From Lophium mytilinum (lineage: Eukaryota), in NCBI GenBank assembly GCA_010093605.1, contig MU004192.1, positions 1,000,882 to 1,064,881 of the forward strand: a DNA stretch of 64,000 nt, given 5' to 3'. The notes under the pieces were generated by a model. That model saw only the letters and a program-made list of their open reading frames with translations, did no database searches and was not told where the DNA came from. This document shows, piece by piece, positions 1 through 12,849 of the stretch (position 1 is the stretch's first letter; every line of letters starts with the position of its first letter). A program made the translations under genes and the position numbers.

Positions 1-2000
1 CGATGAGACCCCTGGAGCAGCGCAAACCGCTCGTTTAACCCTTCCTCCTCCTCTTTACTCTGCTGCAATGTCCTTGAGCCCGTGTGATGCTGGAGCTCCT
101 GATCCATATCCATGCACAGTATCATTGCAGCGAGTAGCAAGTCGTGGCTCATAAAGGACAAGGCCCGCCAGTTCGCTGTCACAGTTCCGTAGTGCTTGTA
201 AGACACTTCGTACATGCGCTGCTGATGACGTAGGACTTCTGAGGCGGCCTTCAAGCAAGCTTGCCGCGAGCGGGCGTATTTGGGATTTGTGCGTGCGGGA
301 ATAAGATACTTGCGATGTAAGATTATACGAGCACACTGCGCAAGAATATCAACCTCGATCAGGCGGCCGAGTGCGACCGGGGCCAGTGTGGTGTCATTGC
401 CCGGTACGACAACCCAAGCGGGTCGTGATTCTAGCCGTGAATCCAACGCCTGGTCGAGATTAAGCACGTCGTCGAACGAGAGGTTTGCGGTACTGGAACG
501 GTCGGTGATGCGAGTGACGATCTCTAGGAGCTTTGTCTTGTAGTTCAGAAAACCGATGTTGGTTGGTACATTGCTTGGACGGGGTATAGGCAGCTCTGTC
601 ATTGTCGGATAGAGGTCTTCATCGAGCACGCTTACGGGTGGTGCCGTATCGGCTTGACGTTCGTCGATCTGGCGAGGGAGAGCACACTTGTGTGAGAACC
701 AGACATCAATCTGGAATATGTGTGCCCAAAACCGTCTACGAATCTCGCCATCAAAGATAGATATGTTGGGGTAGTGACTTGGATCCCGGTGGTAGCCTGC
801 ACGCAAAGCCAGACGCACAATCATCGCGAACACCAGCGAGGCTCGAAAATAACCGTCTACGTCCCAAAAGTGCTCGCAAGCAAGATACATCAGCTTCTGT
901 GTGTCAGTCAAAGCCCTATGTACCAAGGTAGAAGAGTCAACATACCATAGCTTCCAACGTATATGTCGTGGGCTTGCCGTAGTCAGACGCTATCAAGCAC
1001 TGAGAGGCTCTGTTCCGGTAAATGCGGATTGTTGTCTCAGGTAGCATGATACCATCCACATTCACCCCAGTACGCAAGCCCCATTGTAGCGCTAGGCACA
1101 TTATTGCGTACAGCCGCGCCAGCCACGTTAAGGACACCGCATTAGGGTTGCTCCAGAACTCCTCACACTCCCTCAGGAGCGTTGGGACATGCATTATATG
1201 GCTTCCCGGCAAGTCCATTTCCTGCGTGAACATGTGAACCAGATGGTCGGCGACAGCCTTGGTTGGCAGGGAGCATAACAGTTCCTCGACTGTCAGAATA
1301 CTGTGGTCGCCGAAAAGGAGTTCCAGGCCGTGAGGCTCGTCGGGGTTGTCCCATCCCTCGGAGCTTTGGCTTGTATCTAGTTCATGTTTTATACTGTGAA
1401 TCTAGAGAGTGTCAGTAGATTAAGGGGACAAGTCAGAGGTATCTTGCTGCGCTCACGTCCTCGAGAATAGCCTCCCAATGCGAAGAGTCGACGAATCGAG
1501 TCTCTGGTCCATTCGCTGTAAGTTGAGGCGCAGGGTTCGCTATGTCATCTTCAATTGCCCGGCTCCTAATACCATCACCCGCATTACTCTCTGGTCCCGT
1601 GACATCTCCACTTTTTTCATGGGGTTGGGTTTCCGCCAGAGACGTGACCAGTCTTTCAAGACGACGTATTCGGCTATTAACGTTGCTGACTGATTGATTC
1701 CTATTCGATGACGAGGTACCCACAGACCCAGTCATCGTTTTCCTGTTGTTATGAACCTGTGTTACATAGACGCAGCTCCCTGGCGGCTTCTTCACGCAGT
1801 TCTTGCATGGCTGGCCGCGGTCGCATTTCAATCTATTCCCCGATTAGCGAGCTCGGGGTATCATACAGCGCGATGACTGACTTGCGGCTTCTGCACAGGG
1901 TGCAGGAGAGCTGTGGCTTGGGCCGGGAGCGCGCCTCGGACAATGGGGGTGTATTCGTTTTGCCCGATCCGGAATGATCGACCGAAGGATTGAGGTTCAT
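1..2000 (-). CDS. Zn(II)2Cys6 fungal transcription factor with fungal-specific TF (middle homology) domain; 3' end runs off the window
   Basis: Spliced SCTLCRSRK-LKCDRGQPCKNCVKKPPGSCVY zinc cluster; introns ~1833-1881, 1402-1456, ~897-945; last exon reads open to base 1 with GYHRDPSHY..EIRRRFW motif. Confidence 0.9.
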
Positions 2001-2853
2001 GGATAATGCCTTTGTCCCACACTGCTCCACTGGCTAATGACCTTGCGCGACATATGATACGAATAGAACGTAGGTGATAGGAGCGACCAAGGTCGGTCGG
2101 TGGGAAATGTTGTTGACGGAGTAACTCCGAGAAAAGCACCGTCCGGGTTGGCCGACCGTCCGAAGAACGGTCATCATTGGTGGATATGACGATATAGAGT
2201 ACCATGAGCTCTTGTACTCAACCTGAGAAGAAAACCGTAGATACAAGGAGTGAGGTATTCAATAAGCGGTCCTTTGTGATAGGCCAGAAATTAGGCCTCA
2301 TTTCATTATAATGGCGAGTCAGACATGTACCATATGCGCTGATCTGCTGAATCGCTAGTCCTTTTCGTCATTTGTTTTTCCATAGTGTGGTTTCTTTTAC
2401 ACACGACAGAAGCCCTCTATTGCAGCGATGTCTAGGCTCATGTCCAGGGTGCTTTCCGAAAAACCCACTGTGTGGCTTGCTCTCGTTCCAATCATAGACT
2501 TGTAAACATTCGTTGGCAAGTGCCTAGCAGTGGAAAAGTATTTACCCAATTGCCCCACATCAAGTGCCTCATATTGGATTGGTTCCATGTGATATGCATT
2601 AATGTCGAAGCAAGAGCAGAAAGTATGGTTTCCGTTCCACATCTGTCAAAAGAATAATTTCTTTCTTCCATGCTCGGAGTTCAATATAAACCTTGAGTAA
2701 AACCGGACAGGGGTCAGGAAAGAGATATGGTGCCAAGACCTTAGTCATCCATAAGCGAGACGGAAATTGCCGCCCACAACTCCTCCGAATCGAACATCTT
2801 CAGCGGCACGCTCGACCACGCCAAATCATCGACAACCCGCCACAACCGACGAG

Positions 2854-3827
2854 ATGGGTGCCCTCAAGTACGTCGAAGAGCTGCAGAAGCGCAAGCAGAG
2901 CGATGTCGTTCGCTTCTTGATGAGGGTCCGCTGCTGGGAGGTATGAACACCACACGCAATTGCTACCACTGCCCGCTTTCCGCCGACGTCTACATACCAT
3001 GCGCATCTGGGCTTGGATAGAGACGGCGGCGACTGATGGGCAGTGCTTGATGCCACTCGTTGAACATTAGCTGAGAGTGTCTTCATTAGCTGCGTCAATT
3101 GAACGTTATCCACCGAGGTAAGTTCGAATTTCTGCTGCGAAATTTATCAATAGCGGAGGACGATGAGGATTGACGATGCTAACGTCTGCATAGCTTCCCG
3201 CCCATCGCGACCCGATAAGGCCCGCCGCCTCGGATACAAGGCCAAGCAGGGCTATGTCATCTACCGTGTTCGCGTGAGGAGAGGTGGACGCAAGAAGTAC
3301 GGCTCACAATCGTCAAACAACACCTGAGAGTGAAACGCTGACAATTTTCTACAGGCCAGTGCCCAAGGGTGCCACCTACGGTATGCAATACACGGAGTCT
3401 CCCAGCGACCCAGGTCGACAGATCTCGAAAACAGCAACTAACATATGTTCTCTCCACAGGCAAGCCCACCAACCAGGGTGTCAATCAGCTCAAGTACCAG
3501 CGCTCGCTCAAATCCACCGCCGAGGAGCGTGTCGGCCGCCGCTGCGCCAACCTGCGCGTCCTGAACAGCTACTGGATCAACCAGGACTCGACCTACAAGT
3601 ACTACGAAGTCATCCTCGTCGACCCCCAACACAAGGCCATCCGCCGCGACGCCCGCATCAACTGGATCACCAAGCCCGTGCACAAGCACCGCGAATCCCG
3701 CGGCCTCACCGCCACCGGCAAGCGCTCGCGTGGTCTCGGAAAGGGTCACGGCTACAACAAGACGACTGCCGGTCGCCGCAAGACCTGGAAGCGTCACAAC
3801 ACCCTCTCGCTCTGGCGTTACCGTTAA
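2854..3827 (+). CDS. RPL15: 60S ribosomal protein L15 (eL15)
   Basis: [29 protein letters not shown]...SLWRYR; exons 2854-2940, 3090-3117, 3194-3296, 3355-3380, 3460-3827 with GT-AG introns. Confidence 0.98.
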
Positions 3828-4533
3828 ACGGATCGCTAGTGGGTGGATGTTGTTGGGGATGTTTTCTGCGTGGGTTTGCAGCATGAATGGGTAGAGAAAT
3901 GGGGAATGGAGAGCCAGTGTTGCGAGCAACATGTGGCTTTCATAGTGAGAAGAGGGTTACTTCGACTCAAAAAATCAAGTTTGATCAATGGATGGCTTGG
4001 ACGCCTTATACCACTACATTTTCTTTCGTGACGCTATCAAAATGAGATGTGGGTTATGAATGTGATTTCTAGACTCAGCGTCTCTACAAATGTGAAGCTG
4101 ATAGAGGATGGATATCTCGAATGCCTAACCCTACGCCGAGTTTCATCCCAATAAGATCTCAGAGAAATAAAAAAAACGGTTGTACCGTGGTTACTCCGGA
4201 TACGCCAATGCGGAGCGAGCTCTTTACTCGTTTCTGTCAAATTTCTTTTTGATCGTGTCGTACACCCGTGTAGATGCTACGCATGGGAGCAGCTTTCCTT
4301 CGCTGATGTGATGTGCTTCTTGTCGTACAGGCTTGGATTACGACATCGAAGGCAGCATTGGAAGGGCTATGAGAATAGGCCTTGGCGATCCGGCACTTTA
4401 GTGCTCCAACGCTTCTTGCCTCCCAAGCCCAAACACTCTAGAGCCTACTGATCGTGGATGGAGCTGGCTCGAGACGCGGAGCTGTCGCCCGCTAGAGGCG
4501 ATGGACGAGTGACAAGACTGTGGTGACCACGCC

Positions 4534-6909
4534 TTAATGATCGCCCTCTAACTTTGTTTTTTCCTCAGCTTCGTCGCCCTCCAGCTTTTTCCGCTCCTTA
4601 TCCCATTCATCCTCCTGTTTCTGATCGGCTTCAAATTTTTTCATCTCCTCATCAGCTTTCTTCTTATCCTCAGCTGATTTTTTCTTATCCTCGGCCTCCT
4701 TCTTCGCCTCCGCTTCCTGAACTTTTTTCTTAGCCTCCTCGACTTTCTTATTCTTCTCAGCTTCCTCCTGCTTTCTCTTCTCTTCCTCTTCCTGCTTCTT
4801 CTTATTCTCCTCCTCCTGTTTCTTCCTCTCCTCCTCCTGTTTTTGCCTCTCTTGCTCCTCCTGAGCCTTCTTAATCGCCTCCGCCGCCTCCAACCTCATC
4901 CGCTCTGCCTCTCCTTCCTGCAACCACGGGCCCTTCCCATCCCCAAACACGCTCTCCACCATATCATTCCCGCCACAAACCCCATCCCCCTCGCCCCACC
5001 CCAGATACCGTCCCCGCACCGCCCACACCCCTCCCTTTCCCCCGCGCATATCCCACCAGCTATCCCCACCCACTGCCGCCGCATGCCAAGCCAAACTCCC
5101 CTGCTCAATACGCAGCGCGGAGCGCGCTAGCGCACGCGCATGGGGATAGAACCACATATCTTTCCAGTCAATCGCGAATTCTGGTTTCTTCTCTTTCTCG
5201 TCATCGTCCTCACGCTTCTCGTTAGGGTTGATCTCCGTCGGATTTTCGAGCGTCGTCTTGCCCTTCGGCTTCGCGGCGGCGTGGTTAAGATGCAGCAGTG
5301 CGGGAACAGCGCCCGTGTACGTGTTTGTCCAGAGCTGGATCTCGACCCAGGGCTTGTTGGCGGCGGGGAGCTCGTCGAGCTTGTCGTCGTGGACGAGCGG
5401 TTTGATGAGGTAGGGGAGGGGGTTTGGGGAGGGGTCTTTAGAGGGGTCGAGGGTGTGGTAGGGGGGTGGGAGGTCCAAGAGGGCGTCCGGGAGGGTGAGA
5501 GGGGGCGTTGGCGTGTCGACGTGGTGGAGGGTTTGCATTTCGGAGTGGGGGCGGGAGAGAAGCTCTTTGGGGGCGGTGGAAGTGGTGGGTTGGAAGAGAA
5601 CGTGGGCGTAGTCGAGGCCCATGGAGAACTCGAGGCGAGGGGGCGCTGTAGTGTTTTGTTCGGCTGAGGGGTTGGTCTTGCTGGAGAGCCAGCCGCGCCA
5701 GGCTCCCGGGGCTGTCTTTGCGGCTTTGAGAGCTTCTTCGCGGGCGGTTTCTTGCTTGGAGAAGAGATTGGAGAAGATGAGCTGAGCTGTTGGTTCGGTG
5801 CCGTTCACTTCCACCATCATTGGGAGTGCTGAGGCGAAGATGGCCCGGAGATCCTTTGCAGGGCCGATCACCGTACCAGCATTGAGGTATTTCGCACGGC
5901 TGAGGAGCTCGGTGTCATCCGTCTTGAGTCCATACGCGTTTGTTGGTAGCGGGGATTCCGGAACCGTTGGACACACCGTAGCATTTCCCTGCTCAGCCCC
6001 ACAGAGCTTATCAGCGCCCCAGATAACCGTCTGATTGTACATTGCCCTTGTTACCTCATCTTTAGGATGTATATAACCATATTTGTCCCTTAATCGCCGA
6101 TTCGCCTCCGCGAGTATGTTTTGATACTCCTTCACAAGAACCTCCGACGGTAGCTGAAAATAAACATCTTGACCATCCACAATCATTACTAGATCATCAT
6201 TCCTCACATTCTTCCTATCGGACAAGTAATTCACAATATTCTTGACCTTCGCTCGCTCCAACTCTGTCGTATTCTTGAACTTTTCCTTGAAATTTATGAT
6301 CGTCGGGGCTGGGTAGTCCATAATCATAGCGGATAGCACAGTCTTGCAGAAGTTGGAGTTATCTTTTGTCGCTGGCATAAGGAGGTGGAAATCCGGCGTC
6401 TCTTTTTTCAAATGGCTCGGTACATTCTTAATATCCCCGTTCTCGATCTCCAGTGTTAAGTTCGATGGTGTGAATATCTCTTTCGGCTCTGGAACCTCGA
6501 CTGGGCCTGTTTTCCAAGAGGGGAGGTGGTAGTTGTCGAGGGAGGAGAGGTCTTTGTAGGATAGAGACTAGAAATTCCGATTAGCACAACTCCTTGAACT
6601 CTAAGTCGCGTCCAATTGGCACGTCTTCCCCAATTTTCACCTCCGCGTGAGACCTCTCCCATTTAGCCATGCTCAAAGAGCCACATTCGCCCCTCCTTCA
6701 AACGTTCCCAGCTTTCCTAGTGCTGAGAAAAGGTTTCAACCCACCTCAGCCGAACTCTGAATTAACAGCCCAAACATCACTACCGCAAAGACAGCCGAGA
6801 TGATCAGCGTTCTCCCTCTCCTTCCCTTTGCCAATTGCAACAACGCGTCCCACTTGTTCCCAGGCGCATGCCCGGGCGACGCCGGCACGCTGTCATCTCC
6901 AGTCGTCAT
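4534..6909 (-). CDS. Type II membrane protein with PLOD/glycosyltransferase-like domain and E/K-rich C-terminal helix
   Basis: N-terminal TM (IISAVFAVVMFGLLI), intron 6568-6744 (GTGGGT..GCTAAT..TAG) joins in frame; motifs LVMIVDGQDVYFQLP, VIWGADKLC, YLNAGTVIG; charged tail. Confidence 0.75.
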
Positions 6910-8166
6910 GGCTACGCTTCTCTCCACTCGGTAATCCAGCGGCGCGCTCCAGTATCGATCCGTCCGGCGATTGCCTTACTTCTTCGAGGCTCCAAAAACA
7001 GGATGGGCAAGAAGCCTCATGTGCAAACGCAGTCGAACCCGTGCCGTAACGCGACAGGAGACGTAATCAGACAGAAGACGCAAGGAAAAGGCTCAGAGAC
7101 AAGGCAGGCGAATACGGCGCTCTCACAACTCAGAGCATTGAAGAAGGTCTAAGCAAATAGTGCAGAAAAGAGGAAGGAGCAATAACGCAGCAACATGAGC
7201 GAAGGATAGCGTCAAGAGAGGCCGAACAGGCCAGGTCGAGACTCGTTCGAGGTCAGCTCCTTTGGCGTGAGGCTAGGTTAGGCTGTGAAATATGGGGGCT
7301 AAACAAACTGGGCGGCATAGCGGCGGCTGTCCGCCACTTGCCCCTGGCCATGATCGCCCTCGCTTCCCAATAAATTGAAGGCGTAAGGCGGGTGCAACCC
7401 CTGTGCCCCTATTTCGGGATTTGTATGCGATTCTCGCGGGATGGTGAATGCATCTCTAGATTCTTAAGAAGTGTTCCGTAGAATACTCGACCCTTATGGA
7501 GTCACGAGAGTATGGCCAAGAAGATCTTCGTCGGATCACGTATTGATTGGCACAGGGTTACCGTATGCCATCTAAACTTGACTCGCGGGTTCAATATACC
7601 ACTCAAGACTCCTGAATGAAATATAAAAAATACGACGCTGCACAGTTATCATGATCGGAGGACAAGGTGGCCTATCCTACCTGGAAGGATGACCGCTGTT
7701 GTCGCACGTTAAGCTACTAGAGTACCGACGGTTTGACAGATCTGACGTACTACCTACAAGACGCTGTGGCCTTTCGACTGCGCGAAACAGGCTACGGGCT
7801 GATCTCTCAGCTTATTGTTGACTAGGTCAGAGAGACTGCCGTCAAACTAATCTTTGGAACGAGGCTCTCCTTTTTCGAAATCTCTCGCCGCTCTCTTCAT
7901 CTGCTTTTGTATCTGCCTCCTATAATTTCAAGTCACAGTATTCAATGTGTTCTTCTATATCACCAACCAAGCCCTCGGAGCAGAACACTGGTCATTATGG
8001 GCAGAAGAACAGTTTCCGCATTACAGAAACCCATCGGAAGCGATATCGTATGGTAGCTGTGAGTGTTTGAGCACATCTCACCACCATGCCATTCCATTGC
8101 AACCGACATCTATTAGATGCTCTGTACCTGGACCACCACCTTCAACTTTTTGGTGACAAAGTCTAT

Positions 8167-9181
8167 TTAGACTGTATTTACCTCTGAAAACAACTCGGAA
8201 TGCAAATAAACCATATACTTATTCGCCTCGTCCGCTACAGAAGCTACTAGCGTATCAGTCTCTTCCTGCCTCGATATCTCCGCTAGCTTTCCCGCCCACC
8301 GTCTCCATCGATCTGGACCAAGCCCAACAGATTCACTTTCAATAAAGTGGTCAGCCAGCTCCTTGCCCCCCAGTAAGACATACTGAGCTGCCACCATAAT
8401 CTGAGAATCTCGTTTCGGTCCGCGCGGTAGATCGTGCTCCAGAGCTTTTGAAATATCAACCTCCGGGTACTTCCAACACTCCTGGCTGCCTTGTCTGAGA
8501 CCTGCTTTGATGTATCGCGCAAGGAAGGACGAAAAGTTCACCCATTCACTGCAAACTTCCAGAAATGAATGCTGGCCATCTCCGCCGTTTCGCTCCTTGG
8601 TATCGCTTGCTATATCGGAGCGCATGTCAGTCTTTGACCTCAAAGTAAGGATTATACTAGCCTTCGACGTACGATAGTTTCCGTTCCAGTTGTCCTCTAT
8701 CAGCACAGCAGACACCGGCTCCCGGGTCCATACAACGCAATCCTCCTAGTTTAGGTGTTAGTAAGAATATCAAAGAACAAACACAGAAAGCATTAGAAAC
8801 ATACCTCCCAGATTTTCACCTCTTTGGGAGACAATTGTCGAAGCTCTGATAAGAGTTCTATGATTGAATTCTGCTTCGAGCTTTTGTAAGGAATAAGCTG
8901 AACGAGCCTGAGCACGACTTCGTAGAACCCGTTGAGAAAGCCGGCCATTCCTAGATCATCTTGATATTTCAAGAGTGGATCTGAAGGTAGATATTCTTTA
9001 TCATAGTATGCGCTGCTTTTCCGTGAGGCGTCCGCCGCAGCACAATCACTATCGGAGAGAAGAAACTCTTTCAGGACGTTTGCGAGCGAGCTTTCGCATG
9101 TTCCCCCCCCCCCAATTCGCTAATATCACCATCGAACTGAGCAACCCAGTCCTCATCCATGGCCTTGACTGCCTCGCTCAT
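8167..9181 (-). pseudogene. DUF3632-family protein gene with apparent frameshift in a G11 run (pseudogene or sequencing error)
   Basis: WVNFSSFLAR, ALEH..R..AAQYV, RWRRWA motifs typical of DUF3632; intron 8746-8804 plus a likely second in-frame intron; ATG at 9181 is out of frame with the downstream coding frame across the run at 9103-9113. Confidence 0.65.
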
Positions 9182-10489
9182 CGTAAAGCAGGTTGTCAAT
9201 AGAGCTGACGAAATTGCCAGGTTGTCGGCTTGGGTGTGGCAAGCTTTGCAAGAAATGAAAGATCAATAAGCATTTAGAATATGTTAGGGGAAGGAAATTA
9301 GACGTTTAATTGGTAGAGGCAGAGGAAAGAAGCAGTGCTCAGGGCGCCAAACTTGTGCTACCATGACGAGCGATACAGAAGAGGTAAGGCCGCATTCTGG
9401 AAAGGCATATACATGTAGTCTACGCGCCAAATTATTTATATCATGGATCATGCTTCTGAAACGTCGAAGGGCTTGAAACGCGGTTGGTGTGATGAATGCT
9501 GGAAGCTTGAAGGCTGTGAGGACCTGTGGTTCACGCTAAGCTGAATGCGCGACGTCGAAAATAAACTGTCTAAGCGCTTCTTGTCCCGTTCGTAAATTCT
9601 TCTGTCAACCTACCATCCCTCCACCATGGTCCTGGGGCCTAATGTTCGCTTGTAACTATTCCTTTAGCAATGTTGAGAAACCTCATCCTTGATATTCCCA
9701 TTTGAGTGTGGCACATTATGCCCCGCTCGCCATGGGTTAGACAGCACTGTGCCGCTCTCTGTTGCTTTCTTTGGCTTTCTCATATACAACAGGCGCCTAC
9801 ATTTCCAGCTTTACACGACACGCCAGAGTATAGAATCGTTTCGTGGGAACGTGTGAGTAGCCATGAATTCAAGGGCTGCTACAAGGTGTCAAGCAGTTGG
9901 GTGTATGCCCTAACGACGGATCTGTCGCGGCTGAAAACTTCACCCCCGTAAAGACTAGAGAATCAATATCTGTTGCGCTCGCACACCTCACTCTCATCTG
10001 CCCTATTAATCAATGTTTGTTGCGGCTGAGCTTTCAATCCATGCCCTTGGATACGTGGGGGCTTGTGCGATGACAACCTCCCAATAGCCTATCAACGAGC
10101 TGCCAAGTTTCTTGGACTCTCACCGCGAAAGAGACTCTCGGCTGACTGATAATGGATGTTACACTCTATGAGATACGAGGCTTATGTGATACAAATCCTC
10201 AAGGGTATGTCGCAACAAGCTGTTCAGCTTGTGTGGACTCTCATCACATATGACTTTGCGAGACATCCTTGGCTCAGCCGAGCAGTGAACAGGGAGGTGC
10301 TATATGGAAATCAGAATATCTATAAGTATAAATATGAAGCCATCATGCAAATTGCTTTCAGAGCAATACCTCGAGTTGTACATACGTCGTCCCCTTTCTT
10401 CCCTCGGCACTTTTATCTCACTCTTTTCTTCTCCTAATCGATTCTCTTTATAGTCATTCCTTCAAACGTGCAAGAATTTTAGACTCGCC

Positions 10490-12105
10490 ATGGTTTCCCA
10501 CAGAAGCAATAGTGTTAAGATCTTTGTTTGCATCGCCTTTAGTTCAATTCTACCTTCAATCGCTCTACCTACCATCCACTCGATCCGACAAATTGACGAG
10601 CATCCTGCCTATCTAAAAGTAACATGCTCCGAAGCAGTAGTAGACAGGCGAAGGCCAGCCCTAGACCGCTGGCAAGCAGCAAAAGCCGACGGAGCCCTCA
10701 GCGCCATCAACCGCTACTGGAATGAAGACACCGGTGGGGCTGGTGGACAGAACGGGCAGCTTCCGCTAAACTGGCTAAACACCATGCTCAACCATTTCGG
10801 CATGCCGGGGGCGAACTGCGGGCTCTCTGTGGACGATTGCAACATTGATCGCGACTGTGCTGATCATACAATGTCGCATCCGCATCCTCCAACGCCAGGG
10901 GACTGGTTGGTTTTGACTTCGATCAGCAACTTCCATGCCGTAAGTCTTATCCGATTGCTGTTCTTATGGCGACTTGCTTGTCTAATATGCCACAGTTTTA
11001 CGTGAGCTTCTACCTCTCTATACAATCTGCCCGGAGCGCACTCGTAAATACGATGGGTTCATTCGTCTCGACCTTTGCGCAACAAAAAGAAGACCCTATG
11101 GATGAGCTCTTTGACAAGATCTTGAATGGGTTCATTGACATGGGCGTCAACTTCTTGCTGGGGAAGGCGTTCGGAGGGTTGGCAGAAGACTTGACCGCCA
11201 AGGGTCTGGATGGTGAATCAATAGCAGATGCGGCACAAGATAATTTAGGCAAAGCAATTGAATATGCCAAGAAAGATGGCACGTTGTAAGTCTCAACAAA
11301 TGCTGATTCTCATTTGGGTATAACTCCCATTGCTCGATAAACAGATGCTGACCCACTTAGGCCTGAAGGACTCTCCCAAGAAGACAAGAAGGCCACCCTC
11401 GTCGAGACCCTCCAGGCAATCACAGACCGCTACATCAAAGTCATCGACACATACATCACCAAATCACTCCGCGGCGAGTACCCCTACCTCGCCGACTTCT
11501 CCGGGACGCTGCGAACAGCCGTCTGGGCCAACGACAGCCTCAACCAATCCTTACCAGACATGTCAAACTCCCTACAACAAGTTTTCTCCGCCTCACTCCT
11601 CAGCCCAGCCTGGAAACTCGCGGATCCAGAGAACCTCTACCCCGTCATCCTCTACCAAGCCAACGACGGCTGCACGAACGCCGACCCCACCAACCTCATG
11701 CAAAAAGGCGTCTCCTCCTCCACCAACTCCTGCCTCGTCATCGGCTACACCTTCTGGATCGTGGGCTACACGAAACAGATCTGCGAGGGCTTTCCCACCG
11801 CAAATACCGGCGCCGGGCCTTGCAATGCAAACGTCTTCAAGAAGCTTCCTGGCTGGGACCAGCTGACTGAGAAGACTGGCCTCGATAAGGATCAGGTCGT
11901 GTGGAGCTCGTGGCAGGCGTACCAAGCCAATGGCAACAGAAACGGGTACAGCATTTCCGAGACGCTGGCTGGTGGCGCTTCTGCGTTTCGACAAGGGCCG
12001 ACCACGCCGGGGCTGTTCCAGATCCCGATCTGTGAGGCGGGCGCGGCGAGGGAGAGGTATATGGACGCTCCCGGTGCGGACCTGTGCGATTATGGGGGCT
12101 GGTAA
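10490..12105 (+). CDS. Secreted Cys-rich protein resembling the non-catalytic regions associated with some fungal GH18 proteins
   Basis: Signal peptide-like N terminus; exons 10490-10939, 10996-11285, 11361-12105 join in frame; RWQAAKADGA, WLVLTSISNFH, NGNRNGY..TPGLFQIPIC motifs; no DxxDxDxE chitinase motif. Confidence 0.75.
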
Positions 12106-12849
12106 CTGGGGTCAGTGGAACTAGCGAGTGTCCGGCCCGGTTGTTGTTTTGATCTTTCTCGCGCGCGGTATATGTATTTCTCATATTCTTACCTTCGCTT
12201 GATGCATCCTTCACTTTGTTTCATTCTTCGTGGAACATCACCGCCATTTTCGATTCCTGCATAGCCAATTGGTATCAGACGAAACTTTTTTTCAATTCTT
12301 CAATACGCTAAGCCGTCGTTCACATGCCACATCAAAGGCACAGCTTGCTTGACTCGTTCTTCGACTATAAACTAATATCACGAACCTGAAGGCAGGTTCA
12401 CCCATCCCATCAACCAGTAAACCGTATGCAAGATGCTCGGCGGCATCAGAGTAGAGGGTATTATACAAGACGTCGAGGAAAAGTGACCCACGACAACGCC
12501 AACGCTAAACAATCGCTTGCTGAAACGCTGGAAATTAGACTCGGCCATCGACCAAAGACAGCCACCCATTTTCCACCCCAGCCCCCCCGAAAAAAGGAAT
12601 CCACCATCTCGTCAAAAGGTCTATAGAAAAGAAGAGCAGCAAAAGAGAAGTCGGGAAACCCAACACTGAAGAATCAACTGTAACACGGCCCCGATGTGTA
12701 TTCGTCGCAAGATAAGTATGTATAACCCATGAGCCCCGGCCCTCATGGACCAACCGTGATGATGTGTGCTGAAATAAGGTAGGCCTATTGCTCCAATACT
12801 GGTGAGCACGCTAGGCACTGGAAGAAGTCGAGACCTTTACCCCAAAGAC

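Noticed and set aside
3284..3932. Long alternative-frame and antisense ORFs over RPL15 (and similar ones over other genes)
   Set aside because: Shadow ORFs explained by strong GC3 codon bias of the real genes.
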